DNA from: the human T2T-CHM13v2.0 reference genome, Homo sapiens
Assembly (NCBI RefSeq): GCF_009914755.1
Contig: NC_060935.1
Strand: one strand, 5' to 3'
Length of the DNA stretch: 64,000 bases
Made by a program: the position numbers and the translations under genes. The notes under the pieces were generated by a model that saw nothing but the letters and a program-made list of their open reading frames with translations, was not told the DNA's origin and searched no databases. This document shows, piece by piece, positions 1-11,878 of the stretch (position 1 is the first letter of the stretch; each line of letters opens with the position of its first letter).

Positions 1-92
1 CCTGACCTATAGAAACTGTGAAATCATACATGTATTGTTTCAAACCACTAAGTTTTGGGGTAATCTGTTTCACAGCAATAAATAACTAATGC
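1..92 (+). mobile_element. MLT1 (ERVL-MaLR) LTR 3' end
   Basis: Typical MLT1 terminus: ctgacctatagaaactgtga...ccactaagttttggggtaat...taactaatgca. Confidence 0.8.
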
Positions 93-217
93 AGGTTCTA
101 AGGGAACAGAAGAATCTTGGGGAGGGAAAGGAGAGGCTGCCTCCTGCCTTGTCTGAAATCATCTACCCTATAGTTTGCTTTCTCCATCAGTCACACCAGA
201 GCCATAGGGGACCCCCA

Positions 218-406
218 GAAAGAAAAGCATTCAACTCAAATGGGCCTGGCTTTGAGACCCGGCTCTGCTGCTCTCTAATGTGTGACTTTGGGAAAGTTCC
301 CCAATCTTTCCAAGGCTCTGCCTCCTCCTATAAAGGGGGATCACCATACCTGCTTCATGGGTGTGTTGAACAGATTGAGATCATGTATGTGAAAATGCCT
401 GGCAGA
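218..406 (+). mobile_element. MIR SINE
   Basis: Degenerate MIR core (cccggctctgc...tgtgactttgggaaagtt...gatcatgtatgtgaaaatgcctggca). Confidence 0.7.
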
Positions 407-494
407 GCTTTCCAGACCTTTTGGAGTAGAAGCAGCTGGAGAGACCTGCGTCCTCACTCTGATGGTCACCTGAAGCCCTCAGTTGTCCCTCCAA

Positions 495-1480
495 TGATTC
501 AACACATAATCTTGGAGCATCTACTATGTGCCAGGCACTGTGCTAAGCATGGGAGAGACAGCAGTAAACAAAACAGCACAGTTCCTGAGCATTCCGCATA
601 GAGCTGATTCTCTAATAGACAGACATCAAATCAGTAAGGGCGAGAGTGAGATGCAACAACAGAAGCCCAGAGGCTCTGGGAGGGTAGAATGTGGGATGGA
701 AGGTGGGGAGGTAGAGAATGTATGCTGGCATGAGCAGGGGCCTCCCTGAAGAAGTGGACTTTGAGCTCCCAACTCAAGAGTTAAAGGAGTTAGCTGAGTG
801 AAGAAGATGGTAGAAGGCCCAGGGATAATGAATAGCAGAGCAAGCATTTATTCAAGAATTATTGACTTAGCATATACTATGTGCCAGACCCTGTTCCAGA
901 TACTGAGGATACAACATTAATCAGAACAGCAAAGTTCCTCCCTCATGAAGCTTATATTTTAGTGGAGGAATTATCTGTTCCAAATATAACAAGAAGGATA
1001 ATTTAGGAAACTCCAAAAGGGGTGACATTTGAACTGAGACTTCAAATGTGAGAGGGCACAAAGCACTTAAAGTTCTGGGAGAACAGTATTCCCTGCAGGG
1101 GATACAGCAAGTGGAATGGTCCCAAAGCAAAAACGGCATAGCTACTAGAACCAACAAGAGGGCTAGTGGGCTGCAGTGGAGAAAACAAGGGGGAAATGGT
1201 CAGAAATAAGGGCAGTGAGGTGGACAGGGTGATCCTACGGTGTCATCCAGAACATGGAGAGGAGTTTGGGCTTTTTATTCTAGGGCTAACAGGAGTTGCT
1301 AAAGGTTCATGAGCAATGGGTTTGAGTTCTGAAAACAGACCTCTTGGAATATGAGTGGGGCAAGGGTGAGATGAGGGCAAGTGGCCAGGGTGGAAGCCAT
1401 TGTAGGATTACCGGTGTGACAGGGACAAGTGGCAGTAGAGGGGATGAAGAGGAGAGCTGGAGGAGGGTCCCTGCCCTAGA
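495..1480 (-). mobile_element. L2 LINE 3' fragments (two)
   Basis: Reverse complement of the L2 tail (ctactatgtgccaggcactgtgct) near 520 and again near 875. Confidence 0.65.
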
Positions 1481-1549
1481 TTTCACCCTGGATCTTCCTG
1501 ACAGGACTGTTCCCTCCTCCATCACAGACCTTCCATCAAAAGCCTTTAC

Positions 1550-1775
1550 ATAAAGGATAGTAGCACATGCTCTGGAGACAATTGCCAGGGTACAAATGCC
1601 GGCTCTACCACTTAATAGCTGTGTGGCCTTGAGCAAGTCTCTTAACCTTTCTGTGTTTCAGGTCCCTCAACAATCAAATGGGCCTAGAAGATGGATTTCA
1701 CAGTGCTGTCATGCAGATCAAATGAGTTCAAGTGCTAAAGCCCTGACACACATGCGTGCTTGCGGTGTTAGTGAT
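1550..1775 (+). mobile_element. MIR SINE
   Basis: ccggctctaccacttaatagctgtgtggccttgagcaagtctcttaacctttctgtg MIR core. Confidence 0.8.
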
Positions 1776-2193
1776 TACAGAATTATAGAGCCTGCAGGCT
1801 GTGTGCCACGGGTCTCTGTGACCTCCTTGTCATCATCAAACTTCAAATCCCCAGAGTTTAGAAAAACAAGTGACAAATGATGTGTCCCCATCCAGTCTGG
1901 GCTGACTTAACAGGTCCCCCAAGGAACCCATGGATTTCTCACATGCCTCAGCCTGCACTAGGCCCGATGCACCAGCACGCAGGTGTGCTCTACAGCTACT
2001 CCCAGAGCAAGCTGCAAGCAGATGGGCCAGGTGTGTCAGGCAGTACCAGCAGTTCCAGGTCCATCTTCCCAGCAAGCCTGTCCTGGGTATGGGGTCTAGG
2101 GAGGGCTGAGACTGCCTCCGCTTAGTCACTGATGCATCTTAACACCCACTCCATGCTCAATAGTTGTGCTCTAAACAAACGAATGAATAAATA

Positions 2194-2536
2194 CGTTCAT
2201 GGGCCCCGCAGTGATGTTCTAGTCAACAATTGACCGCATATACAATGGGGTCCCATTAGATTATAATACTGTATTTTTACCGTACCTTTTCTGTGTCTGG
2301 ATATGTTTAAATGCGCAAATGCCATTTTGTCACAACTGCCTACAGTATTCAATACAGTAACATGCGGTACAGGTTTTTAGCCTAGAAGCATTTGGCTATA
2401 CCAGGACAGCCTAGGTGTGTAGTAGGCTATACCATCTAGGTTTGTTAAGTTCCCTCTGTGATGTTCACATGACAACAACATCACCTAACGACGCGTTTCT
2501 CAGAACTTATCCCTGTCATTAAGTGATGCATGACTG
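2194..2536 (+). mobile_element. Tigger3a (MER7A-type) non-autonomous DNA transposon
   Basis: Near full-length match (cccattagattataatactgtattttta...gcctaggtgtgtagtaggctataccatctagg...gcatgactg), TA on both sides. Confidence 0.9.
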
Positions 2537-2629
2537 TACACAAATGAATGAAGTAGTGAAGGAATGAATGTGTCTTCAACAATATGTGGGTTTCTTAAGG
2601 GCATTTATTCGTTCATTCAACAGATATTA

Positions 2630-2960
2630 TTGTATGTGGATCTTCTCCGTGTGCTCCTCTGGATCCCGGCTCTCCTCACTCTGTGCAGGAGGCTGACTTT
2701 CATGGACTGTGGTATTCAGGCATCCTTGCCTTTCGGCTGCAGGAGACCAGAGGCTGAGAGCAGAGAGAGACTCCAGCCTTGAGGGGCCTCAACTTGGCCA
2801 TGGCCCTGCTCCTTCCAACAGCATTCTGGTAACTACTCTCGCCCACATTGCTAGTCGGGGGATGCTTCATACCCCTTGGTGGTTTCCCTTAACTATGCAC
2901 AACCCCACTGCAAATTAACTCCCATATGGCCTGTCTTCTGAGTGATCTCCTTGGAGGAAG
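2630..2960 (+). mobile_element. LTR33-like ERVL LTR fragment
   Basis: ctctgtgcaggaggctgactttcatggactg and ccttggtggtttcccttaac blocks resemble LTR33. Confidence 0.5.
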
Positions 2961-4254
2961 CTCTTACTGCCAAGACTGCACAATTCACATTCAAGAGAGC
3001 TGGTGCCCAAGGTTCCTTGTGCCCCCCAGCTACGGAGCCAGGCTACGGAGAAGCCCTCCACCCCAAGGAACCTTAGTCTGTGCAGCCTGAGGCCTGCCCC
3101 CTTCCCCAGGCCCCTGCCCCAGGATCTCACTGGCTGACCACAGACCAGACCAGGCCTCTGTGGAGGGAAGGGCAGGAGCGGGTGGGAGGGCCAGCAGAGG
3201 GCAGCCCTGCCCGTGCCCTCGGGAGCCTGTCCCTGGGGAGTCTCTCTCCCTTTGGTGATTGTTTCCCAGGCTCCCTGGAGCCAGAGGAGGATGGAATGTT
3301 CTTATCGCTCTCCAGAGGGAAGGCTTTCTTCTTCCTTCACAAAAATGTTAAGCTTTATAATCCGATAGGGAACCTGGACAGGCTGCAGCTGGAGGCCTGG
3401 GTCCCACTTCTGGGAACTGTGGGGAGAAGAAGAAAAATAGGAGTGGGGAGGGAGGAAACAAGTCCCCTCGAGCAGGGCCAGGGAAGGGAGAAGAGGATGA
3501 GGACAGGGGATGGGCAGACCTTCCACATAATGAAAGGGAAACCTTGGAGATGGTCCCCAGACCCCAAGACTGCAAGAGCTCTCTTCCTCACGACTCACTC
3601 CACTCTGCCCTGTGAAGGAGGAGGAGCCCAACCTCACGGTTGAAGGTTGCTGGCCTGTTCGCACACCTCTGTGGACAGCAAGCTCACTCTCAGGGCGTCT
3701 TGTTCTGTCCCTTGCAGGAAGCCGTGAGTCTGAAAATGTCCCTCACAGAGCTGAAAGCATAAGTTGCTCCCACCTTTTCACGACAGAGGCCTGCATCAGA
3801 CAGGACAGGACAGGTCACCTCAGTGGGGCCTCCCTCCTCAGAAAGCCTGAGTTTCTTGAGGTTAGAACACTGCCATTTCCTGCAAACAGATCTACTTCCT
3901 GAAGTGTGTTGAGCGGGACACTCCCTGAGACTCAGAAATCCTGCTAGAGCCAGAGTTTAAGGACAAGGTGACATGCGCCAGTGGGCCATTTATTCAGCAA
4001 ATATTTATTCAGTGTCTCATGGGGAAGAAACCAGTGAGGCACTAACTGATAAGCAGTTGCTGATCCCCTACCTCCCAGCTTGATCCAGGGCCTGTGAAAC
4101 CCCCCAGCTTGGCCTCTGGAACTGTCAATGCCATGGGGACCATATGCTCTGGGAGGCCAACAGGCCTGGCCACTTCTTGGGGCTCCCCCAGGAAGAAAGC
4201 CCCACTCTTACCCTGTGCCAGGTCAGTAGGGTAGAGAGAGAAGGGGTGATAGAG

Positions 4255-4611
4255 TATATTAGTCTTTTCTCATGCTGCTACTAAAGATATAGCCGAGACT
4301 GGGTGATTTATAAAGAAAAAGAGATTTAATGGACTCACAGTTCCACATGATTAGGGAGGCCTCACAATCATGGCAGCTGGCAAAGGAAGAACAAAGGGAT
4401 GTCTTACATGGTGGTAGGCAAGACAGCTTGGGCAGGGGAACTCCTATTTATGAAGCCATCAGATCTTGTGAGACTTATTCACTACCACGAGAACGGTATG
4501 GAGGAAATTGACCCCATGATTCAATTATCTCCGCCTGGCTCCGCCCTTGACATGTGGGGATTATTACAATTCAAGGTGAGATTTGGGTGGGGAAACAGTC
4601 AAACCACACCA
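4255..4611 (-). mobile_element. THE1 (THE1C-like) solo LTR
   Basis: Full LTR, tatattagtc...gagatttgggtggggaaacagtcaaaccacacca; 5-bp TSD tagag/tggag. Confidence 0.92.
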
Positions 4612-5000
4612 TGGAGGGACCCAGGGCCAGGCCCCTCAGAGCTGAGCCAGTGTGCCTCTCCTTCACCTCCTTCCATAAGGCCGACCACAGCTTAAAATGC
4701 TTGATCCTGTTAGCTGCTGGACCCCGAGAACAATTGTGCTAAACAGACAAGAGCTGCGGCTCAGGTCCACCTTCCAGTTCTGTACCTGACTGCTCAGTCT
4801 TGGCTAACATTCCTCCTGCGACAGGGAGCTCACTTCCTCCTGGGCGGCAGCCCATCCAAAGGTTGGACGTTCTATTAGATAGTCCATTTCGTTTTAACCA
4901 AAATCAGATATAAAATAATGCAGACGCAGACTGTCATGTAAACTGGCTTTTAAAAACCAACACCGTATTGTGTACATCTTTCCCTCTATGGATGTGTTTC

Positions 5001-5001
<1 letters not shown>

Positions 5002-5052
<51 letters not shown>
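5002..5052. repeat. (TG)n microsatellite
   Basis: About 25 TG units with one interruption. Confidence 0.98.
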
Positions 5053-5054
<2 letters not shown>

Positions 5055-6089
5055 ATTTATATATACGGAGAGTGAAAAAAATTTAACAATGATTATCTAA
5101 GAAGTAAAGTTCCATGTCAGAGGACTCTACACTTTCTAATTTACAGTTTTATACATTGCTTGAATTTTATAGATTATCCAATACTTTTATAATAAAAAAG
5201 GACATTTATATTCCAAAATTAAAAATAATATGTTGTTTAAAAGAAGGTGCTGGGTGCAGTGGAGTAGTGGGATAACCTGAGGAAAAAGACACTGTTTAAT
5301 AGAAGTGGGAGATGGGTGGGTGTGGGACAGAACGTGCCTGACATGCCCCAAGGCCATGCTTCCCAGAAGAGAGGTGACTCATTCCCAGCCAGAGCACCAA
5401 CTCTCCTAACCTAGGTCAGGTTGATGGAAGGCTCCATCCTGCCTACAGGGCACTGCCCAGGGGGCAGGTTCAAAGTCAAGCTAAAGGGCTTCTGGACATT
5501 CTGCATGTGACACCAGTCTGTGTTATCTTTGGGAAAGATGAACGTTCACCTGGGCCAGATGTGTTGCTGTCACTCCAAACTAGGGAGGAGCCAGCTGCAG
5601 GCAGCTCAGCAGACCCTGAGGGGCAACCCCTCTGCCTCTGCTCACAGAACAGGCTTTGTGGCCACCCTGAACTGTGGGATCAAGCAGAGGAGAGCTTTCC
5701 TTGAATCTGCTCAAAGTTTAAAGGTGCTCAAATTCCCAAATTAAAAAAAAATAATAATGTAGGACCATAGTGGGGAGGCTGGAGATCAAACTTAAGGGTG
5801 GGAAAGAGAATGATTTCCAGGGTCAAGGAGGTAAGAACATCTGACTGCAGGTCTCAACAGAGAAAGAGGTGGGGAAACGAGAGGACGCCGAGGCAGGAGG
5901 GGAAAGGGGGCATCGCGGTATGCTGGGCTTATCTAGTCCTGCCTTTGGGAGCATATGTATATGCTGCTCTTTTGAGAAGGCTCTGCACACCTCTGCAGTG
6001 GTCATTTGTCACCTTTGAACATTCCCCCCTGTGTTTATGGAATTCCCCACTCAGAGTCCTAGTCGGAGGCAGAGACCACCTCTTTCTAT

Positions 6090-6540
6090 GCAGCCAGACC
6101 TCTACTTTCCCAGCCTTCTTGCAGTCAAAACTCAAGCCCCTGACCATGCTTTGATCACCAGGATCATCCACATCAAACAGAATCGAAAGCAAAGGATGCA
6201 GCCAAGCAGACGCCACCTGGAACCCATTCCAGTGAGGGCAGCAGTAGCCACCACACTCAAGTTCCACAAGAGCCAGGGCTAATCTTCTGGGGCCAGCTGG
6301 GATCTGGAGCAGGGAGAGCACTTAGGTTGTCACTGACTGCAGTGTCAGAGCCTGCAGTGAAGGTTTAGGTGCTCTCCCTGGACTGGTCAGTTCTGCAAAG
6401 TGATTTTGGATGTTGTTCTTCACTGTGGGCCTCCAGGCCAGTCCTCTGGCCCTCTAGAGATTCTGCAAGTTTCTCAAAATCCTTTTAATAAATCTTTAGT
6501 TCACCTAAATTAGCCATCTTGGTTTTCATTGTTTCAAAGG
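6090..6540 (+). mobile_element. Old ERVL-type LTR fragment (LTR40/41/50-like)
   Basis: ctactttcccagccttcttgcag start block and ccttttaataaat...ttagcca...ttcattgtttcaa end block. Confidence 0.4.
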
Positions 6541-8319
6541 CAGAAGCCAGGCCTGAATTGGAGGCCTGCTTGGTCAGAGGAAGGTAAGGAAGACAGGAGG
6601 GTCTCAAGAACAGACACTAATGGCTCCAAGCTGCGCATGGACCCACTGCCCCCTGAAGAACTAAGAACTGTCAGTGGGTTATCAGCATCAATAGAGAAGA
6701 TCCCTCTTCCAACTCCACTCCTTCCTCTGTTCAAGAAACAATAAAACTCATTCCTGAGTTGCATCAGTGGATGGCACAGAACCCCAGGTTGTGCAGGCCC
6801 AGGGTAAGCTAAGTTCCCCATGGCATCTTGTCCTGGGTCTGAGCTGCTCGCATCAATGCTGCCTTGCCGCACAACCCCAGGGTGCGCATTCCTAGTGTAT
6901 TCTATGAGAATCGCTCCTTACTTCCCGACGCTGTGGTTCCATTGAACTCAGTATGGAATAGTGCTCTGGAGTTGCACAAGATGGTGGCCCCTGGCTGTCA
7001 GAGGCAGTAGAGAAATGAGTTCTGAGTTAAGACCCATAGACCTCTGCAAAGCACATACTAGCTAGGAGTAAGTATGAAAGGACTTTGCTGTAATTAGAAG
7101 GTTCCTGCACTCCCATAGCCTTTGGCCTTTCAGCATCCACATCTCTGGGTCCTGTCGCAGATGTCACAACCCCAGAGCCTCTCTGCCTCCCTTGGCCTGA
7201 AGCATCCACTCTCCACACATACCCTTCCCTGAAAGCTTCCTCCATCATTGCAATGTCTGCCTGAGAGCCTATTTCGAGGCAAGTGTTGGAGGGGCTAAGG
7301 GAGGCTGAATTGTGTGTGTGAACCCACCCATGCTGGGGAGCACAAGCCCTATCTCTCTGGAGGTTGGCCGGGCCCTGAGATGTGATCAGCAGCTCCTCCC
7401 ACTTGCTCTGTGGGAGCCAACACAAACAGAGCCACAGAGCTGCCCCCAGGCTGGCCGCCCAGAAGGCCCACACCTCCGTCCCACCCTCTTGGGCAGCCAC
7501 CCCTGGAACCAGGAGCCAGGTATCAAGCTTCAGCTGGCTGGACTCCCGGCAGCGCCTGCTGGCCCGCACCGGGCCTGCAGCCCAACCTGCCCACAGGCGC
7601 TGGCCACCGCCTGGGCAGCGGGGCTCAGAGCTCAGCCTGTTAGCACCCACCAGCCACCTCCCTCCTCTGGCCCCAGGAGCTGGCTTGGCAGTGGAGCAGG
7701 GTGAGTGGATGGGGGTGCCCTGACTCACTAAGCTCCCCAAGACCTCCAAGTTTGCTCCAGGACCCCTTCCATGAGGTAACATGAAACCCAAGCACTCAGG
7801 CCAGAAACAGAATGTTTTGAACAATTTGAGGGGAAAAAATTATTCGGACCAATTTTAAGACATCTGAGAGCTCAAGGGGAAAATCGCAGCCACCTCTTCA
7901 GGCACTATTGTGTGTCCGCGCCAAACCCAAACGGCTTGGACTGAAGTAGCACGAAGGCTGAGAGGCCCTGCATCCCTCCAGCAGAGGACTGGCCTGACGC
8001 CCGGCATCTGGTGCTTCGGTCCTCTGGGCCACCGGGCATTCTCTCCTCTGTGACTCCACACAGCCGACCTATTTTCTGGACTCCCATTGTGTGTGCTTGA
8101 TGCTCAGAGGTACCACCCACCAGCTAGAGCCATCTCGTTGTCCTTCAAACTCAGCCAGCCATTGCTTCCTCCTAAAACTTCCTTGGCCCCTCCAAGACAC
8201 CTTGCTGACACGTTAATGGTGCCACGTGGTCCCTAGGACTACCCTTCTCTGGGCCCCTACCAGGCACTGAGCTCTGAACGGGAGCTTGAAATAGGCCCCC
8301 TGGGTTAGAGCACCATCAC

Positions 8320-8450
8320 CTTAGGAGGTGGGCGGAGTCACTCATGTCACGGATGGGGACACTGAGGCTCAAAGAATTTAAGTCTTTTACCCAAAGTCAC
8401 AGCTAGTGGGGTCTGCAGCTGGAATTTAGAACTGGGCAGTAAAGAGCCAG
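8320..8450 (-). mobile_element. MIR SINE
   Basis: gatggggacactgaggctcaaagaatttaag...cccaaagtcacagctagt. Confidence 0.75.
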
Positions 8451-8769
8451 GGGCTGTCCTGCTGTCTTTTCACAACACTCCCCTGGAGGGGAGCAGAGAG
8501 GGAGCCACCAGCTTTGCTTGGGGAGAGAGAAGCGTGAGGAAAAGCAGAATAAGCAGAATGCAAACGTTAACAGTGAAAGCAGTAATTAAAGGAGGAAAGG
8601 ACAGCATCCAGGCAAACAGGCAGGGAAGAGCACTCCGAGGGGAAGCGGAGACCGTAGAGGCCAAGAGGAAGGAGAAACGGCAGCCCTCTGCGGCTCTGGG
8701 GCAAGAGGAGAAGGAAATGGGGGACAAGGCTGGAGAGGCAGGCCGGACTCTGGCAGCACCGCCGACCCA

Positions 8770-9870
8770 CAGCCCCTCCACTCACACAAACAGACACACA
8801 CACACCACACACAAAACCACACTCACACACATACACACGTCACACCGGCCCTACACACAAGCGTGTACACACACACACCCACACACACCTGCCCCCACAC
8901 ACACACATTTCACACACACCTGGCCCTCTACACACACATATCACACTCACACACATACACACATCACACTCGGCCCTACACACACGTGTATGCACACACA
9001 CACACCACACACACACCCACACACCAGGCCCTACACACACACAGACACACACACCTCACACACTGCCCTACACACCTAGCCTACCAGACACACACACATC
9101 CCACACCTGGCCCTCCACACACACACACACACATGCGCGCCCCACACCTAGCCCTCCACACATACACACACCCCACACATCTGGCCCTCCACACACACAC
9201 GACACCAGGCCTTCCCCACACACACCACGCACACACATACACACACTATACTTGGCCCTATACACAAGCATGCACACACACACACGCCATACAGACACAC
9301 ACCACACCTGGCCCTACACACACACCACTCACATACACGTCACACTTGGCCCTACACACACACACATACTACACACCTGGCCCTCCACACACACACACAC
9401 CACACTTGGCCCTACACACACACACATACACACCCCACACACACCCCACACCTGGCCCTCCACACACACACACACATCACACTTATACAGATACATCAGT
9501 CGGCCCTACACACACACACACACACACACACACGGCCCTATATACACATGCACACACACACACCACACACACACCACACCACATACACACTTGGCCTTCC
9601 ACACACACACACACATCACACACACACAGACATATATACACAACACCCATCACACTTGGCCCTACACACACAAACACACCACACACTGGCCCTACACACA
9701 CACACACACATCACACATCACACTCAGCCTTACACACACACACACCACACACCTGGCCCACCACACACACTCATACAAACACACACATCACATTTGGCCC
9801 TACACACACACACCCCACACACACTAGGCCCCCTACACACACACACACACACACACACCAGCCAGCCCTA
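8770..9870. repeat. Compound CA-rich minisatellite/VNTR
   Basis: About 25 (C/T)TGGCCCT(A/C)C-like anchors separated by variable impure (CA)n tracts. Confidence 0.95.
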
Positions 9871-10169
9871 GGGGCTTAGCCCTTGTTCTCTGGGTGAGGA
9901 GAAGCCATGGTGGGGATCCATGATGGGAAGTAGAAAGCTCAGATCTGACTGGAGACCCATCCCTCCCTCAATAACCCCTGTGGAGCCCATTCTGGAAGTC
10001 ATGCGGAGCCACGTGAGCACTGCTGAGACCAGCCCAGATACAAAAGACAGGTCTGGGAGGCATTCAAGAGGCATAACTTTTTAAAGTATATTGTTGTCTG
10101 GTTTATACGGCATTTGATCATATTCAAGTGGAAGAAAAATCTTTGGTTTGATTTTTCCCCTTTAAAAAG

Positions 10170-10425
10170 TGTTATTCGTGCTTATAACAAAAACAATTTT
10201 TTAAACAAGCAAAAGTATATGAAGTAAAAAAGAGAAAGTCACCTTCCTGTCCTCCCCAATCTACTCTGCCCAGAGGTCAACACTGCCATGAATTTGGTCC
10301 TTTCTGAACCTTCTATTTGCACAAAGGTATGTGGCTATGCACATGTAGAGGGTGTTTTTCTTACTTAAGAGTTATACATACTCTGTATCTTGCTGTTTTT
10401 CACTCAATAATATATGGTGAGCATC
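10170..10425 (-). mobile_element. L1ME 3' fragment
   Basis: cccagaggtcaacactg...gtatcttgctgtttttcactcaataatatat resembles the L1ME 3' UTR. Confidence 0.55.
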
Positions 10426-11010
10426 ATTATTCAACCATTCAATAAATATTTGTTCGGATCCCACTGCGCAGACAGGGAAGTCAGGTTCCTGCCATCACAG
10501 TTTTCACAGACCCGGGTAGGGGAGACCGGCAATGGGAAGGAAGTCATTGAATAATTACAAATTGTGATTAGGGCTGTGATGGTGCGGTGTGAGACAGTAA
10601 TGGGTGCACTGATTTGAGACGGGGTGAGGGGAGTCCTCTCTCAAAGGAGACATTTAAGCTGAGACTGAAAATATAAGAGCCAGAAGAAAAGCCTGTGAGA
10701 TAGGGGGGACAGCCTGCACCAAGGCCCTGCACAGAGCAGGGAACGGGGAGGAGCTCAGCAGGCTCAGACCTGTAGGGATCCCAGTGCCATAGGGGCTTGG
10801 TGATCTAGGACAAGAGAGGCAGGTGATGAGGCTGGGAGATGGGAAAGGTCTGTCGACCAAGGTAATGAACTTGCATCTTGTTCTAAGAACAGTGAGAGAG
10901 TTTTAGGCAGGAGAATTATATTATTTGACTTGTGTTTTAAAAAGAGACTGCTGTCTGCTGCTTAGAGAAGGGATTACAAGGGAACAAGTATGGAGGCAGG
11001 CAGACCACTT
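10426..11010 (-). mobile_element. L2 LINE fragment
   Basis: cattcaataaatattt start; gagacatttaagctgagactgaa; gagagttttaggcaggaga. Confidence 0.65.
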
Positions 11011-11541
11011 AGAGATAGGATTGGCAAAGCAACACCTCTCCAGAGATGTCCACATTCTAATCCCCAGACCTGTGAATGTGTTGGGTTATGTGGCAAAGGA
11101 CATGTAAGTTGGAAAAAGGGGGATGCAGATGGAATTGAGATTACTAGTCAGCTGACTTTAAGATAGAGACATTGTCCTGGATTACCCAGACAGGCCTAGT
11201 GTAATCACAAGAAACCCAGAGAGTGGAAGTGAGAAGCAGAAAAGGAGGTCAGAGTGATGCCAGATGAGAAGGACTGGATGAGCATTGCTGGCTTTGAAGA
11301 GGAATGAAGGAGACCAGGAGCTGAGAAATGCAGGAAGCCTCTAGAAATTGGAAAAGGTAAGGAAATCGAATCCTCTCTGGATCCTCCAGAAAGGAATGTA
11401 GCCCTGCTGACAGCTTGATTTTATCCCAGTGAGACCCCTTTGAGACTTCTGAGCTATTGAATTATAAGATAAAAATTTGTGTTGTTTTAAGCCTCCAAGT
11501 TTTGGGTAATTTGTAACAGCAGCAAATAGAAGACTAATTCA
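11011..11541 (+). mobile_element. MLT1D-like LTR
   Basis: gatgtccacattctaatccccagacctgtgaatgtg...gcctctagaaattggaaaaggtaagg...gactaattca. Confidence 0.85.
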
Positions 11542-11771
11542 GGAGGCTAATGCAGGAGACTGAGTGAGAGGTGCTGGGGCTTGGACCAGGAAGGTGAGAA
11601 AGAAGTAGAAGAAATAAATATTTATACTTACAATGACAAAGAGAGAGAGACTCATGGGCTGGGGGAGACTTGGGGACCAATTGGATGCAGATGTTGAGGG
11701 AGAGGAAGTCCTGGGTGTCCCCAGGTTTGGGGATAGAGAAGTGCATGATGGTGGTACTTGACTATGCCGGC

Positions 11772-11878
11772 CCAGTGAGGGCAGGAACTTTGTGTCATTC
11801 GCTATTGTGTCCCCAGCACTCATCCAAATGCTGGAACATAGCAGGTGCTCAATAAATATCTATCTAATGAATTGATTA
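11772..11878 (+). mobile_element. L2 3' end
   Basis: catagcaggtgctcaataaatat tail. Confidence 0.75.

Noticed and set aside
7027-7824. 265-aa minus-strand ORF and overlapping ORFs
   Set aside because: GC-rich sequence open in several frames on both strands, non-ATG start, no recognisable domain
8770-9870. CRISPR-like repeat-spacer appearance
   Set aside because: Anchors are only about 10 nt and degenerate, spacers are low-complexity CA of irregular length, the DNA is primate and there are no cas genes
8534-9879. Long His/Thr-rich and Val/Cys-rich ORFs (up to 338 aa)
   Set aside because: Translations of the CA/TG minisatellite; open only because the repeat lacks stop codons
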